Below are positions 38,066 through 47,035 of a DNA stretch of 64,000 bases, piece after piece (within the stretch, counting starts at the first letter, position 1; each line of letters starts with the position of its first letter). Source of the DNA: an uncultured Oscillospiraceae bacterium (GTDB lineage Bacteria > Bacillota > Clostridia > Peptostreptococcales > Anaerovoracaceae); the NCBI GenBank assembly GCA_964370025.1, contig CAYJGJ010000004.1:6216-70215 (forward strand). Direction: 5' to 3'. The notes under the pieces were generated by a model, which searched no databases, was not told the origin of the DNA, and was given only the letters and a program-made list of their open reading frames with translations. The position numbers and the translations under genes were made by a program.

Positions 38066-39499
38066 ATGCAAAGAGACACGTATGAATCGCCTTTATGCTC
38101 GAGATATGCGGAGAAAGAAATGAAGTACTTGTTTTCTCCGGACATGAAATTCAAAACTTGGCGAAAACTATGGATTGCACTTGCAGAAGCTGAAAAAGAG
38201 CTTGGGTTGAATATTACAGATGAGCAAATTAGAGAACTTATGATCAATGCAGAGAATATAAATTATGAGATCGCAGAGAAACAGGAGAAAATCGTTCGCC
38301 ACGACGTAATGAGTCATGTCTATGCTTATGGACAACAGTGTCCTAATGCGATGCCAATAATACATCTTGGTGCCACGTCGTGTTATGTAGGTGATAATAC
38401 GGATATTATTGTAATGACTGAAGCAATGAAAATCGTAAAGCGAAAGATAATTACTTTAATTGAAGCATTGTCAGATTTCGCAATGAAATATAAGGACATG
38501 CCAACGCTTGGATTTACACATTTTCAAGCAGCGCAGCCTACTACTGTAGGAAAAAGGGCCGCCTTGTGGATTGCCGATCTAGTAAGTGATCTTGAGGATA
38601 TCGATTATTTATTATCGGGAATTAAGCTTTTGGGGTCAAAAGGTACAACAGGCACGCAAGCAAGTTTTCTGGAACTTTTTGAAGGCGACCATGATAAAGT
38701 AAAATTGCTCGATAAAAAGATTGCCGAGAAAATGGGATACAGCGATTGTTATTCTGTAAGTGGTCAAACGTATTCAAGAAAAATTGATTATAGAATTCTT
38801 TCTACTTTAAGCAGTATTGCTCAAAGTGCAACAAAGTTCTCAAACGATATCCGGCTATTAGCACACCTAAAGGAGATTGAAGAACCTTTCGAAAAAGATC
38901 AAATCGGCTCGTCTGCAATGGCATATAAAAGAAATCCTATGAGAAGTGAGCGAATAGCCTCACTCGCAAGATATATTATTATTGATGCACTAAACCCAGC
39001 GATAACATCCGCCACACAGTGGTTTGAAAGAACTCTTGACGATTCTGCAAACAAGAGAATCAGTATTCCAGAGGCGTTTTTGGCTACTGATGCCATTTTA
39101 AATTTATACATAAATGTAGCTGATGGATTAGTTGTTTATCCGAAAGTTATAACCCAAAGACTTATGAATGAACTTCCATTCATGGCTACTGAAAATATTA
39201 TGATGAATGTAGTTAAAAAAGGCGGGGATAGACAAGAGCTTCATGAGAGAATAAGAATACATTCTCTAGCTGCGGCAAAAAAAATTAAAGAAGAGGGTGC
39301 CGAAAATGATCTATTAGAGAGAATTGCAGCAGATCCATTGTTTGCAGTGACGAAGGAAGACCTTAACGATATTCTAAACCCATCTAAATATGTAGGTAGA
39401 GCTCCGGAACAAACAGAAGAATTTATTAATGAAGTAGTAAATTCGATTTTGGAAACTCACAAGGAAGAATTCAAAGAAAAAATCGAAATTTATATTTGA
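38066..39499 (+). CDS. purB: Adenylosuccinate lyase
   Basis: YESPLCSRYA start typical of PurB. GSSAMAYKRNPMRSE fumarate-lyase signature. AAGGAG lies before ATG 38066. Confidence 0.93.
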   Translation: MQRDTYESPLCSRYAEKEMKYLFSPDMKFKTWRKLWIALAEAEKELGLNITDEQIRELMINAENINYEIAEKQEKIVRHDVMSHVYAYGQQCPNAMPIIHLGATSCYVGDNTDIIVMTEAMKIVKRKIITLIEALSDFAMKYKDMPTLGFTHFQAAQPTTVGKRAALWIADLVSDLEDIDYLLSGIKLLGSKGTTGTQASFLELFEGDHDKVKLLDKKIAEKMGYSDCYSVSGQTYSRKIDYRILSTLSSIAQSATKFSNDIRLLAHLKEIEEPFEKDQIGSSAMAYKRNPMRSERIASLARYIIIDALNPAITSATQWFERTLDDSANKRISIPEAFLATDAILNLYINVADGLVVYPKVITQRLMNELPFMATENIMMNVVKKGGDRQELHERIRIHSLAAAKKIKEEGAENDLLERIAADPLFAVTKEDLNDILNPSKYVGRAPEQTEEFINEVVNSILETHKEEFKEKIEIYI

Positions 39500-39644
39500 T
39501 AAAGTAATAAATTCACTTTGGATTGTCACTGATAAGAGTCTATAGTAAAACGAAAGTAATATTCAATAAAACTCTATATCAAGTTTGAACAATCCTCAGG
39601 GAGAACTCGAAGAAAACTACACAAAAGAGCGAAAGGGAAATATA

Positions 39645-40934
39645 ATGGTAAAAGCAATAGTGGGCGCATGTTGGGGTGACGAGGGCAAAGGGAAAATAAC
39701 AGATGTTTTCGCCGAGAGTTCCGACATTGTTGTGAGATTTCAAGGTGGCAGCAATGCGGGACATACAATCATAAACAATTATGGTAAATTTGCACTTCAT
39801 CAACTTCCTTCAGGAGTATTCAGAGAAAATACGATTAACATAATTGGAAATGGTGTCGCACTTTCTGTGGAAAATTTTGTAGAGGAAATAGAGGAACTAA
39901 AGTCAAGGGGTGTGCCAAAGCCTAAAATTATAATTTCGGATAGATGCCAAATCGTTATGCCGTATCACAAGGAACTTGATAGTATGGAAGAAGCGAGGCT
40001 GTCAACGAAATCTTTTGGGTCGACAAAATCGGGAATAGCACCGTTTTACTCTGATAAATATGCAAAAATTGGCTTCCAAGTAAGCGAACTTTTTGATGCA
40101 AAAGAATACTTGCTCGAAAAAATTGAGGCAGTTTGTGAAATAAAAAATTTACTGTACACTAAATTGTATAACGCTACCTCACTTGATCCATCAGAAATAT
40201 ACGATACACTTATGAAGTATAAAGAACAGATAACTCCGTATGTAGCAGATACTTTCACTATTTTGAGAGATTCAGTTAAAAATGATAAAACAATATTACT
40301 TGAAGGACAACTTGGCTCATTAAAGGATCCAGATTTAGGAGTTTATCCCATGGTTACATCATCTTCTCCAATAGCAGGTTTTGGAGCTGTAGGCGCAGGA
40401 GGAATACCACCTTATGCGATTAAGGAAATTATTTCGGTTGTAAAGGCATATTCAAGTTCAGTAGGTGCAGGGGAATTCGTCAGTGAAATCTTTGGCACCG
40501 AAGCAGATGAACTTCGAAAAAATGGAGGAGACGGAGGAGAATATGGCGCAACAACGGGAAGACCTAGAAGAATGGGCTGGCTTGATTTAGTAGCTGCTAG
40601 ATACGGATCCCAGCTTCAGGGTGCGACATCTGTAGCGTTTACGGTTATAGATGCATTGGGATATTTAGATGAAATTCCTGTATGCGTTGCCTATGAGCTA
40701 GCTGGTAAAAGAATTGATCATTTCCCAACTACGACTGAACTAAAAAAGTGCACCCCAATATTAGAAGTTTTGCCTGGATGGAAGTGCGACATAACTGGAA
40801 TTACATCGTATGAGGAACTTCCGCGAAATGCAAAAAAATATATTGAATTCGCGGAAAGACATTTGGGGATTCCGATCTCATTGATTTCGAATGGTCCCAA
40901 AAGAGAACATATTATATATAGAAAGATAAATTAA
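39645..40934 (+). CDS. purA: Adenylosuccinate synthetase
   Basis: VGACWGDEGKGKITD P-loop, GGSNAGHT, GTTGRPRR. Start ATG 39645 was chosen by homology of the N-terminus. Confidence 0.93.
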   Translation: MVKAIVGACWGDEGKGKITDVFAESSDIVVRFQGGSNAGHTIINNYGKFALHQLPSGVFRENTINIIGNGVALSVENFVEEIEELKSRGVPKPKIIISDRCQIVMPYHKELDSMEEARLSTKSFGSTKSGIAPFYSDKYAKIGFQVSELFDAKEYLLEKIEAVCEIKNLLYTKLYNATSLDPSEIYDTLMKYKEQITPYVADTFTILRDSVKNDKTILLEGQLGSLKDPDLGVYPMVTSSSPIAGFGAVGAGGIPPYAIKEIISVVKAYSSSVGAGEFVSEIFGTEADELRKNGGDGGEYGATTGRPRRMGWLDLVAARYGSQLQGATSVAFTVIDALGYLDEIPVCVAYELAGKRIDHFPTTTELKKCTPILEVLPGWKCDITGITSYEELPRNAKKYIEFAERHLGIPISLISNGPKREHIIYRKIN

Positions 40935-40948
40935 TTAGAGGTAATTAC

Positions 40949-42772
40949 ATGTGTGGAATAATTGGATACATAGGATATGAGCAGGCTACTCCATTTTTGT
41001 TAAATGGGTTAAAAAAACTTGAATATAGAGGTTATGATTCTGCAGGTGTTGCTGTTTGGAATGGGAAAGGAATCGAGATAGCAAAATCAAAAGGAAGACT
41101 TAATAATCTAGTCGATTTAATCGATGGTGGGAAAAAAATACAAGGTAGTGTGGGGATTGGTCATACGCGATGGGCGACGCACGGGGCTCCATCAGATTTG
41201 AATTCTCATCCACACCCCAGTTCGGGTGGAAAATTTGCGGTTGTTCACAACGGCATAATTGAAAATTATCTAGTGGTAAAAAACAAACTTACAAGCAAAG
41301 GGGTGAATTTCGCATCGGAAACGGACACAGAAGTAATCGCACAAATGCTGGAATACTATTATGATGGTGATGTCATGTCTACAATCAACAAAGTTGTGTC
41401 GAAAGTAGAGGGGAGTTACGCTCTTGCAATTATTTGCAAAGATACCCCAGATATACTTTATGCAGTAAAAAAAGATAATCCATTAATAGTTGGATTAGGC
41501 ACAAGCGAAAACTACATCGCATCGGATATTCCAGCTATTTTGGCAAAAACAAGGGATATATACAGACTTTCTGACGGTGAAGTTGCAATACTTACTACTG
41601 ATAATGTTTCCGTGTACAATAGCGACAATGAAAAAGTTGAAAAAGAAGTAGAAAAAATCACGTGGGATATAGAATCAGCCGAAAAAGGTGGTTATGAGCA
41701 TTTCATGATGAAAGAAATTATGGAGCAGCCTGATGCAATTAACAAAACTATACTTCCACGAATTAAAGATGGCAATATTATACTAGAGGAGCTAACACTA
41801 TCTAAGGAATATTTAGAAAATATATCTAAGATGTTCATAGTCGGATGTGGTACAGCGTACAACGTAGGCGTTGCTGCAAAATATATGTTTGAAGAACTGC
41901 TTAGAATATCTGTAGAAGTTGAAACAGCTTCTGAATTCAGATACCGAAACCCCGTAGTTGATGATAAAACTTTAGTGATAATTATAAGCCAATCTGGAGA
42001 AACCGCAGATTCTCTAGCCGCGTTGAGGCACGCAAAAAGCCAAGGTGCCAAAACAATTGGAGTTGTAAATGTCATGGGGTCTACTATCGCAAATGAAAGC
42101 GACGACGTTATATATACATGGGCAGGAATTGAAATTTCTGTAGCTTCCACTAAGGCATATAGTACGCAGCTAGCAGTAATGTATTTGATAGGAATATATA
42201 TGTCTGACAAACTCGGAAAGCTTGAAAAAAAGACAAAAGAAAAGTATATCTCTGAATTGCTCTCCATTCCAGAAAAAATAAAGAAGCTTCTCGACAATAA
42301 GGTGGAAATACAAAAAATTGCAGGGCATCATTTTAATGCAAACGATATGTATTTTATTGGACGCAATGTAGACTATGCTACGTCGCTAGAAGGTTGTTTA
42401 AAGCTTAAAGAGATTTCGTATATCCACTCGGAAGCCTATGTCGCAGGTGAGCTTAAGCATGGTCCAATCTCATTAATTGAAGATGGTACGATAGTAATTT
42501 CGATTGCTGCGTATAGGAGGTTGTTTGATAAGACGATTTCGAACATTAGGGAGGTAAAAGCAAGAGGTGCTGTGTGTTGGACTATAACTACGGATGGACA
42601 AGAGGTGCCAGAAGATATCGAATATGTTTCGCATATGCCAGAAATTACAGATTTCATGTTGCCTTCGCTTACAATTATAGAATTGCAGTTGTTTTCATAC
42701 TATGTGGCAGCGATGCGCGGTTGTGACATTGATAAGCCGCGTAACCTTGCGAAATCAGTAACTGTAGAGTAG
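40949..42772 (+). CDS. glmS: Glutamine--fructose-6-phosphate aminotransferase
   Basis: MCGIIGYIG Ntn start, two SIS domains (SQSGETADS), C-terminal KPRNLAKSVTVE. Confidence 0.95.
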   Translation: MCGIIGYIGYEQATPFLLNGLKKLEYRGYDSAGVAVWNGKGIEIAKSKGRLNNLVDLIDGGKKIQGSVGIGHTRWATHGAPSDLNSHPHPSSGGKFAVVHNGIIENYLVVKNKLTSKGVNFASETDTEVIAQMLEYYYDGDVMSTINKVVSKVEGSYALAIICKDTPDILYAVKKDNPLIVGLGTSENYIASDIPAILAKTRDIYRLSDGEVAILTTDNVSVYNSDNEKVEKEVEKITWDIESAEKGGYEHFMMKEIMEQPDAINKTILPRIKDGNIILEELTLSKEYLENISKMFIVGCGTAYNVGVAAKYMFEELLRISVEVETASEFRYRNPVVDDKTLVIIISQSGETADSLAALRHAKSQGAKTIGVVNVMGSTIANESDDVIYTWAGIEISVASTKAYSTQLAVMYLIGIYMSDKLGKLEKKTKEKYISELLSIPEKIKKLLDNKVEIQKIAGHHFNANDMYFIGRNVDYATSLEGCLKLKEISYIHSEAYVAGELKHGPISLIEDGTIVISIAAYRRLFDKTISNIREVKARGAVCWTITTDGQEVPEDIEYVSHMPEITDFMLPSLTIIELQLFSYYVAAMRGCDIDKPRNLAKSVTVE

Positions 42773-42799
42773 TTGTAACTAGATTATGTAGGAGAAAAA

Positions 42800-44332
42800 A
42801 TGCCGGAAGTTTCATATAAGGAGAAAATAGTAGTACTTGATTTTGGAGGGCAATATGCACAGTTAATTGCACGAAGAGTTCGCGATTTGAAAATTTACTG
42901 TGAAATAAAATCATATAAAACAGACCCTGAACAGTTGAAGGAATACAAGGGTATAATTTTCACAGGTGGACCTAATTCTGTTTATCTCGATGAGTCACCA
43001 AAGTGCTCGAAACAAATCTTTGAAATGGGAGTTCCTATATTAGGAATTTGTTATGGTGCGCAATTAATGGCGCACATGCTCGGTGGCGAGGTTAAATCTG
43101 CAATAAATAGGGAATATGGAAATTGTGAAGTCGTTTTTGAAAATAATTCTAAGGTGACATTTGGAAAAAGTGTTACCTGGATGAGTCATACGGATTATAT
43201 CTATAGTTTACCTGAAGGATTTAGGATTACGGGTATGAGCGAAGGATGTTCTTGCGCATCGATGGAAAATGAAGAAAAAAAACTGTATGGTATGCAATTC
43301 CACCCCGAGGTAGAGCATAGCGAAAGTGGTAATGAATTTATAAAGAACTTCCTATATGATATATGCGGTTGTCAGGGTGATTGGCAGATGAAATCATTTG
43401 CAAATACAACCATAGAAAATATTCGAAATCGAGTAGGTGATAAAAAAGTTCTCTGTGGACTTTCGGGAGGCGTAGATTCTACGGTTGCGGCAATGCTAGT
43501 CCATAGAGCAATAGGTCAGAAGTTGACTTGTATTTTTGTCGATCACGGAATGTTGCGAAAAAATGAAGGTGATATGGTAGAGCGAGTTTTTAAAAATGAG
43601 TTCGAAATGAATATTATTAGAGTAAATGCACAGGAAAGATTTCTACAAAGACTTGAAGGGATAATCGATCCTGAGACTAAGAGAAAAATTATCGGAGAAG
43701 AATTTGTTCGTGTGTTTGAAGAGGAAGCTAATAAACTTGGTGAATTGGATTTTTTATGCCAAGGAACAATATATCCTGATGTTGTAGAAAGTGGAGAAGG
43801 TGAGGCAGCAGTAATAAAAAGTCATCACAATGTAGGCGGACTTCCAGAAGAGATTGGATTTGGGGGAATCCTTGAACCATTGAGAGATTTATTCAAAGAT
43901 GAGGTAAGAAAAGTCGGGATAGAGCTTGGTATTCCCGAAAACTTAGTTTGGAGACAGCCATTTCCAGGTCCTGGATTGGCAGTGCGAATCATAGGAAATA
44001 TTACACAGGAGAAAATAGCTCTTTTGCAGGATGCAGACGAAATATTTAGGAAAGAGATAGCAAATTTTGGTCTCGAAAGGAAAATCAATCAATATTTTGC
44101 TGTCCTTTCTGGAATGAAGACAGTAGGAGTAATGGGGGACGGTGGCATATACGCAGAAACGATTGTATTAAGAGCTGTAACTACAAGTGATTTTATGACA
44201 GCTGACTGGGCAAAGCTGCCATATGACTTAATGGAAAGAGCCTCTAATCGAATTACCAATGAAGTAAAAGGGGTCAGTAGAGTTCTTTATGACATAACAT
44301 CTAAACCTCCATCTACCATCGAATTCGAATAG
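42800..44332 (+). CDS. guaA: GMP synthase (glutamine-hydrolysing), full length
   Basis: GATase GICYGAQLM and HPEV, ATP-PPase SGGVDS, C-terminal PPSTIEFE. Length 510 aa. Confidence 0.95.
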   Translation: MPEVSYKEKIVVLDFGGQYAQLIARRVRDLKIYCEIKSYKTDPEQLKEYKGIIFTGGPNSVYLDESPKCSKQIFEMGVPILGICYGAQLMAHMLGGEVKSAINREYGNCEVVFENNSKVTFGKSVTWMSHTDYIYSLPEGFRITGMSEGCSCASMENEEKKLYGMQFHPEVEHSESGNEFIKNFLYDICGCQGDWQMKSFANTTIENIRNRVGDKKVLCGLSGGVDSTVAAMLVHRAIGQKLTCIFVDHGMLRKNEGDMVERVFKNEFEMNIIRVNAQERFLQRLEGIIDPETKRKIIGEEFVRVFEEEANKLGELDFLCQGTIYPDVVESGEGEAAVIKSHHNVGGLPEEIGFGGILEPLRDLFKDEVRKVGIELGIPENLVWRQPFPGPGLAVRIIGNITQEKIALLQDADEIFRKEIANFGLERKINQYFAVLSGMKTVGVMGDGGIYAETIVLRAVTTSDFMTADWAKLPYDLMERASNRITNEVKGVSRVLYDITSKPPSTIEFE

Positions 44333-44358
44333 AGAATGATGTATCAGAACAGTATATA

Positions 44359-44991
44359 TTATGAATTATTTTTTGTAGGAGTTTCGTTTTTGCTATGTGG
44401 GATGTATAATCCCATTTTTTTGTAGTAAGAAAAAAGTCTCATTGCGACGATGATACCGATGCTACTGTAAACAGAAAGGTCAAGTCCTATTATCGGGTAT
44501 GCAAACCACAGGAATATACTTCCAATGATTGCGCAAAGTGCATATACTTCTTCTCTCAATATTACCGGTACACGCTGGCATAGCAAATCACGGATTACAC
44601 CACCTCCTACAGCAGTTATTGTCGACACGAAAATAAATTGCGGAAAATTGTAGTCCAATTCAATAGCTTTAATCCCCGCATTGACCGCAAAAGCTGCAAG
44701 ACCGATGGCATCACACACCTGCATGAATATTAAAAACTTCTTATTGTTCCATTTGATTGCAAAAGATAAAGTAGTTACAATCATTACAATTGCAATGGTG
44801 GAGTAATTACTAAAAAATACAGGAACGCCTTCATCCATGATTGCATCTCGTAATATCCCCCCACCACAAGCCGTGGTAAATGCGATTACATAAATTCCCA
44901 ACATGTCAAGATGGTGTTTAATTGCAACATAGGCACCAGAAACGGCAAAAGCTGCTACTCCGATATATTCAAAATAATCATTTACGTTCAT
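44359..44991 (-). CDS. UPF0126/TRIC-like trimeric cation channel family membrane protein
   Basis: Two repeats each with a glycine motif (GGGILRD, GGGVIRD). ATG 44991 follows AGGGGG. The ORF-track start 45051 was judged too early. Confidence 0.75.
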   Translation of the reverse strand: MNVNDYFEYIGVAAFAVSGAYVAIKHHLDMLGIYVIAFTTACGGGILRDAIMDEGVPVFFSNYSTIAIVMIVTTLSFAIKWNNKKFLIFMQVCDAIGLAAFAVNAGIKAIELDYNFPQFIFVSTITAVGGGVIRDLLCQRVPVILREEVYALCAIIGSIFLWFAYPIIGLDLSVYSSIGIIVAMRLFSYYKKMGLYIPHSKNETPTKNNS

Positions 44992-45177
44992 ATTATGCCC
45001 CCTAGCAGAACTATGTATTTCAAGAAAGCGCCCTTGATGTGATTTCTTCACTGTTACATATTAATTATATCACATACGCCCATAGTAGTTGTAGTATTTT
45101 ATTTTTGTTGTTAAAGGCTTCCAATGTATTAATTAAAATGGCTGCGTTTTCAAAGGCTATTGAGAGGAGTGCAATCC

Positions 45178-45546
45178 CTACACTATTCGGGCACCAAAAG
45201 GCATAAATGCAAGTTGCGCAAATTTCATGCTTTGAATTCCAAATGGAATGCCAATCAATGTAATGCAGTAAACTATTCCTATTATTATTGAAGTTAGTGC
45301 AAGTTCCCAACCAAAGAACACTATCCAAAATAAGTTCACCAAAAAATTCACTCCGCTAGTGTTGTACATTATTTTTTTGCCGAAAGGCCAGAGGACAAAG
45401 CTTGCAAATTTGAAACATTGCAGGCCGAGAGGTATTCCGATAATTGTAATACAACAAACTATACCGGACAAAGTCCATCCGATTGCTAATATGATACCGC
45501 CAAATAGTAACCATAGAATATTTCCAATTAATTTCATAATTTGCAC
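45178..45546 (-). CDS. YccF family (DUF307) inner membrane protein
   Basis: Duplicated IGIPLG/IGIPFG motif and GNILWLLFGG N-terminus typical of YccF. Length 122 aa. Confidence 0.75.
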   Translation of the reverse strand: MQIMKLIGNILWLLFGGIILAIGWTLSGIVCCITIIGIPLGLQCFKFASFVLWPFGKKIMYNTSGVNFLVNLFWIVFFGWELALTSIIIGIVYCITLIGIPFGIQSMKFAQLAFMPFGARIV

Positions 45547-45565
45547 TCTCTTTCAAAAATATAGT

Positions 45566-45940
45566 TTATTGTTTATTTTGAGGTAGCACTTCCAACCAGT
45601 ATCCATCTGGATCAGATATGAAATAGATTCCCATTTCTTCATTTTCAAAGCAAACACAATCCATTTCTTTATGCTTTTTAAGAGCTTCCGCGTAATTGTC
45701 TACTTCGAAGGCAAGATGAAATTCATTATCTCCTAAGTTATAGGGTTCTTTTTTGTCTTTAAGCCATGTAAGCTCAAGGCGATGCGTGGAATTGTCATTG
45801 CCCAGGTATACGATAATAAAACTTTCATCATCGGAGGTAATTCTACTTACTTCTTTCAGCCCAAGCGCTTCCTCGTAAAACTCCATTGACTTTTTCAGAT
45901 CAATAACATTAAAGTTGTTGTGTACTATTGTAAATCTCAT
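45566..45940 (-). CDS. VOC/glyoxalase I family protein
   Basis: HNNFNVIDLKKSMEFYEEALGL...HLAFEV...DPDGYWLEV. ATG 45940 was chosen (MRFTIVH). Confidence 0.75.
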   Translation of the reverse strand: MRFTIVHNNFNVIDLKKSMEFYEEALGLKEVSRITSDDESFIIVYLGNDNSTHRLELTWLKDKKEPYNLGDNEFHLAFEVDNYAEALKKHKEMDCVCFENEEMGIYFISDPDGYWLEVLPQNKQ

Positions 45941-46005
45941 AACTTTTCCCTTTATATAAACAAAACGACCGTAGCGATTTATTAGCAATAATGATAAAAT
46001 TGATC

Positions 46006-46050
46006 ATAATTCTATATATGATAATTTAATACTATCATATATAGAATTAT
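46006..46050. promoter_or_regulatory. Perfect 18-bp inverted repeat with 9-bp spacer between divergent VOC and SDR genes (candidate operator)
   Basis: ATAATTCTATATATGATA (46006-46023), ATTTAATAC spacer, TATCATATATAGAATTAT (46033-46050). Confidence 0.6.
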
Positions 46051-46153
46051 AAAGCACGAATAATTTGCAATCAGCCAAAATATGAATGATACTATCAAAA
46101 ACTTGCAAAGGTTGAGTAGATTATTATATAATGTAAAAAAGAGAGGGAATGCT

Positions 46154-46852
46154 ATGAAGATTTGTGTTATAACCGGTGGTGCTAATGGTCTTGGTTTTGA
46201 TATGGCGGAGCAATTTGCTAATAGAGGTTATAAAGTTGTTGTCCTGGATATTGTGGAGAACAAAGAGGCTTATGTCGATTATATGAATACAGATCTAGCA
46301 GACCCAAGTTCTATAGATAGTTCCTTCGAACTGATAAAAGAAAAGTATGGTAAAGCGCACATATTAATCAATAATGGCGCAGTCGCAATGTTTGTGAAAA
46401 ACATTGTTGATGTATCACTCGAAGATTATAACAAGATATTAGATACTAATTTGCGAGGAGCATTTCTTTGTTCGAAGAAATTCATTGAATTAAACAATGG
46501 AGAAAACTATGGAAGAATAATCAATATCTCTTCGACAAGGTGGTATCAAAACATGGATGATTGGGAACTTTACGGAATGAGTAAAGGTGGTATTGTTTCA
46601 CTTACAAATTCATTGTGCGTTTCTCTAAGAGGTACACCGATTACCGTCAATGCGATCAGTCCGGGATTTATTCATGTGGGATATTGGAAAGAACTTGAAG
46701 AAAGAGACCACGAAATACATCCATCAAATAGAGTAGGAAAACCTCGGGATATTACGAATGCTTGTTTATTTTTGACAGATGAGCAAAATGACTTTGTCAA
46801 TGGTGCAAATATTGTTATCGATGGTGGAATGACTAAAAGAATGATATACTAA
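46154..46852 (+). CDS. Short-chain dehydrogenase/reductase
   Basis: TGGANGLG cofactor motif, NNGA, and YGMSK (YxxxK) after a serine. Confidence 0.8.
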   Translation: MKICVITGGANGLGFDMAEQFANRGYKVVVLDIVENKEAYVDYMNTDLADPSSIDSSFELIKEKYGKAHILINNGAVAMFVKNIVDVSLEDYNKILDTNLRGAFLCSKKFIELNNGENYGRIINISSTRWYQNMDDWELYGMSKGGIVSLTNSLCVSLRGTPITVNAISPGFIHVGYWKELEERDHEIHPSNRVGKPRDITNACLFLTDEQNDFVNGANIVIDGGMTKRMIY

Positions 46853-47035
46853 CTGTTAGATTAGGACAATGAGCATACTCATATATGACAAAGGTTTGAT
46901 TTAACCGTGCATAGTTTTAGTCTTATTCATAGTTTGACTTTCGCAGTGTCAATATGTTATATTTTTACTAAAATAATTGAAAACTACAAATGATATTCCT
47001 ATAGTTGCAAGTAATTTAACAGAAAGGGAGACACA

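Noticed and set aside
39540-39580. PurBox-like sequence (TAAAACGAAAGTAAT) upstream of purA
   Set aside because: It lacks the CCGAAC core of the PurBox consensus (AWWWCCGAACWWT) as I recall it. It is a single copy rather than the usual inverted pair. The match is too weak to call.
45065-45586. Overlapping ORFs 45065-45328, 45356-45556 and 45359-45586 around yccF
   Set aside because: They are alternative frames of the YccF gene. Only the 45178-45546 frame gives the duplicated IGIP(L/F)G membrane motif.
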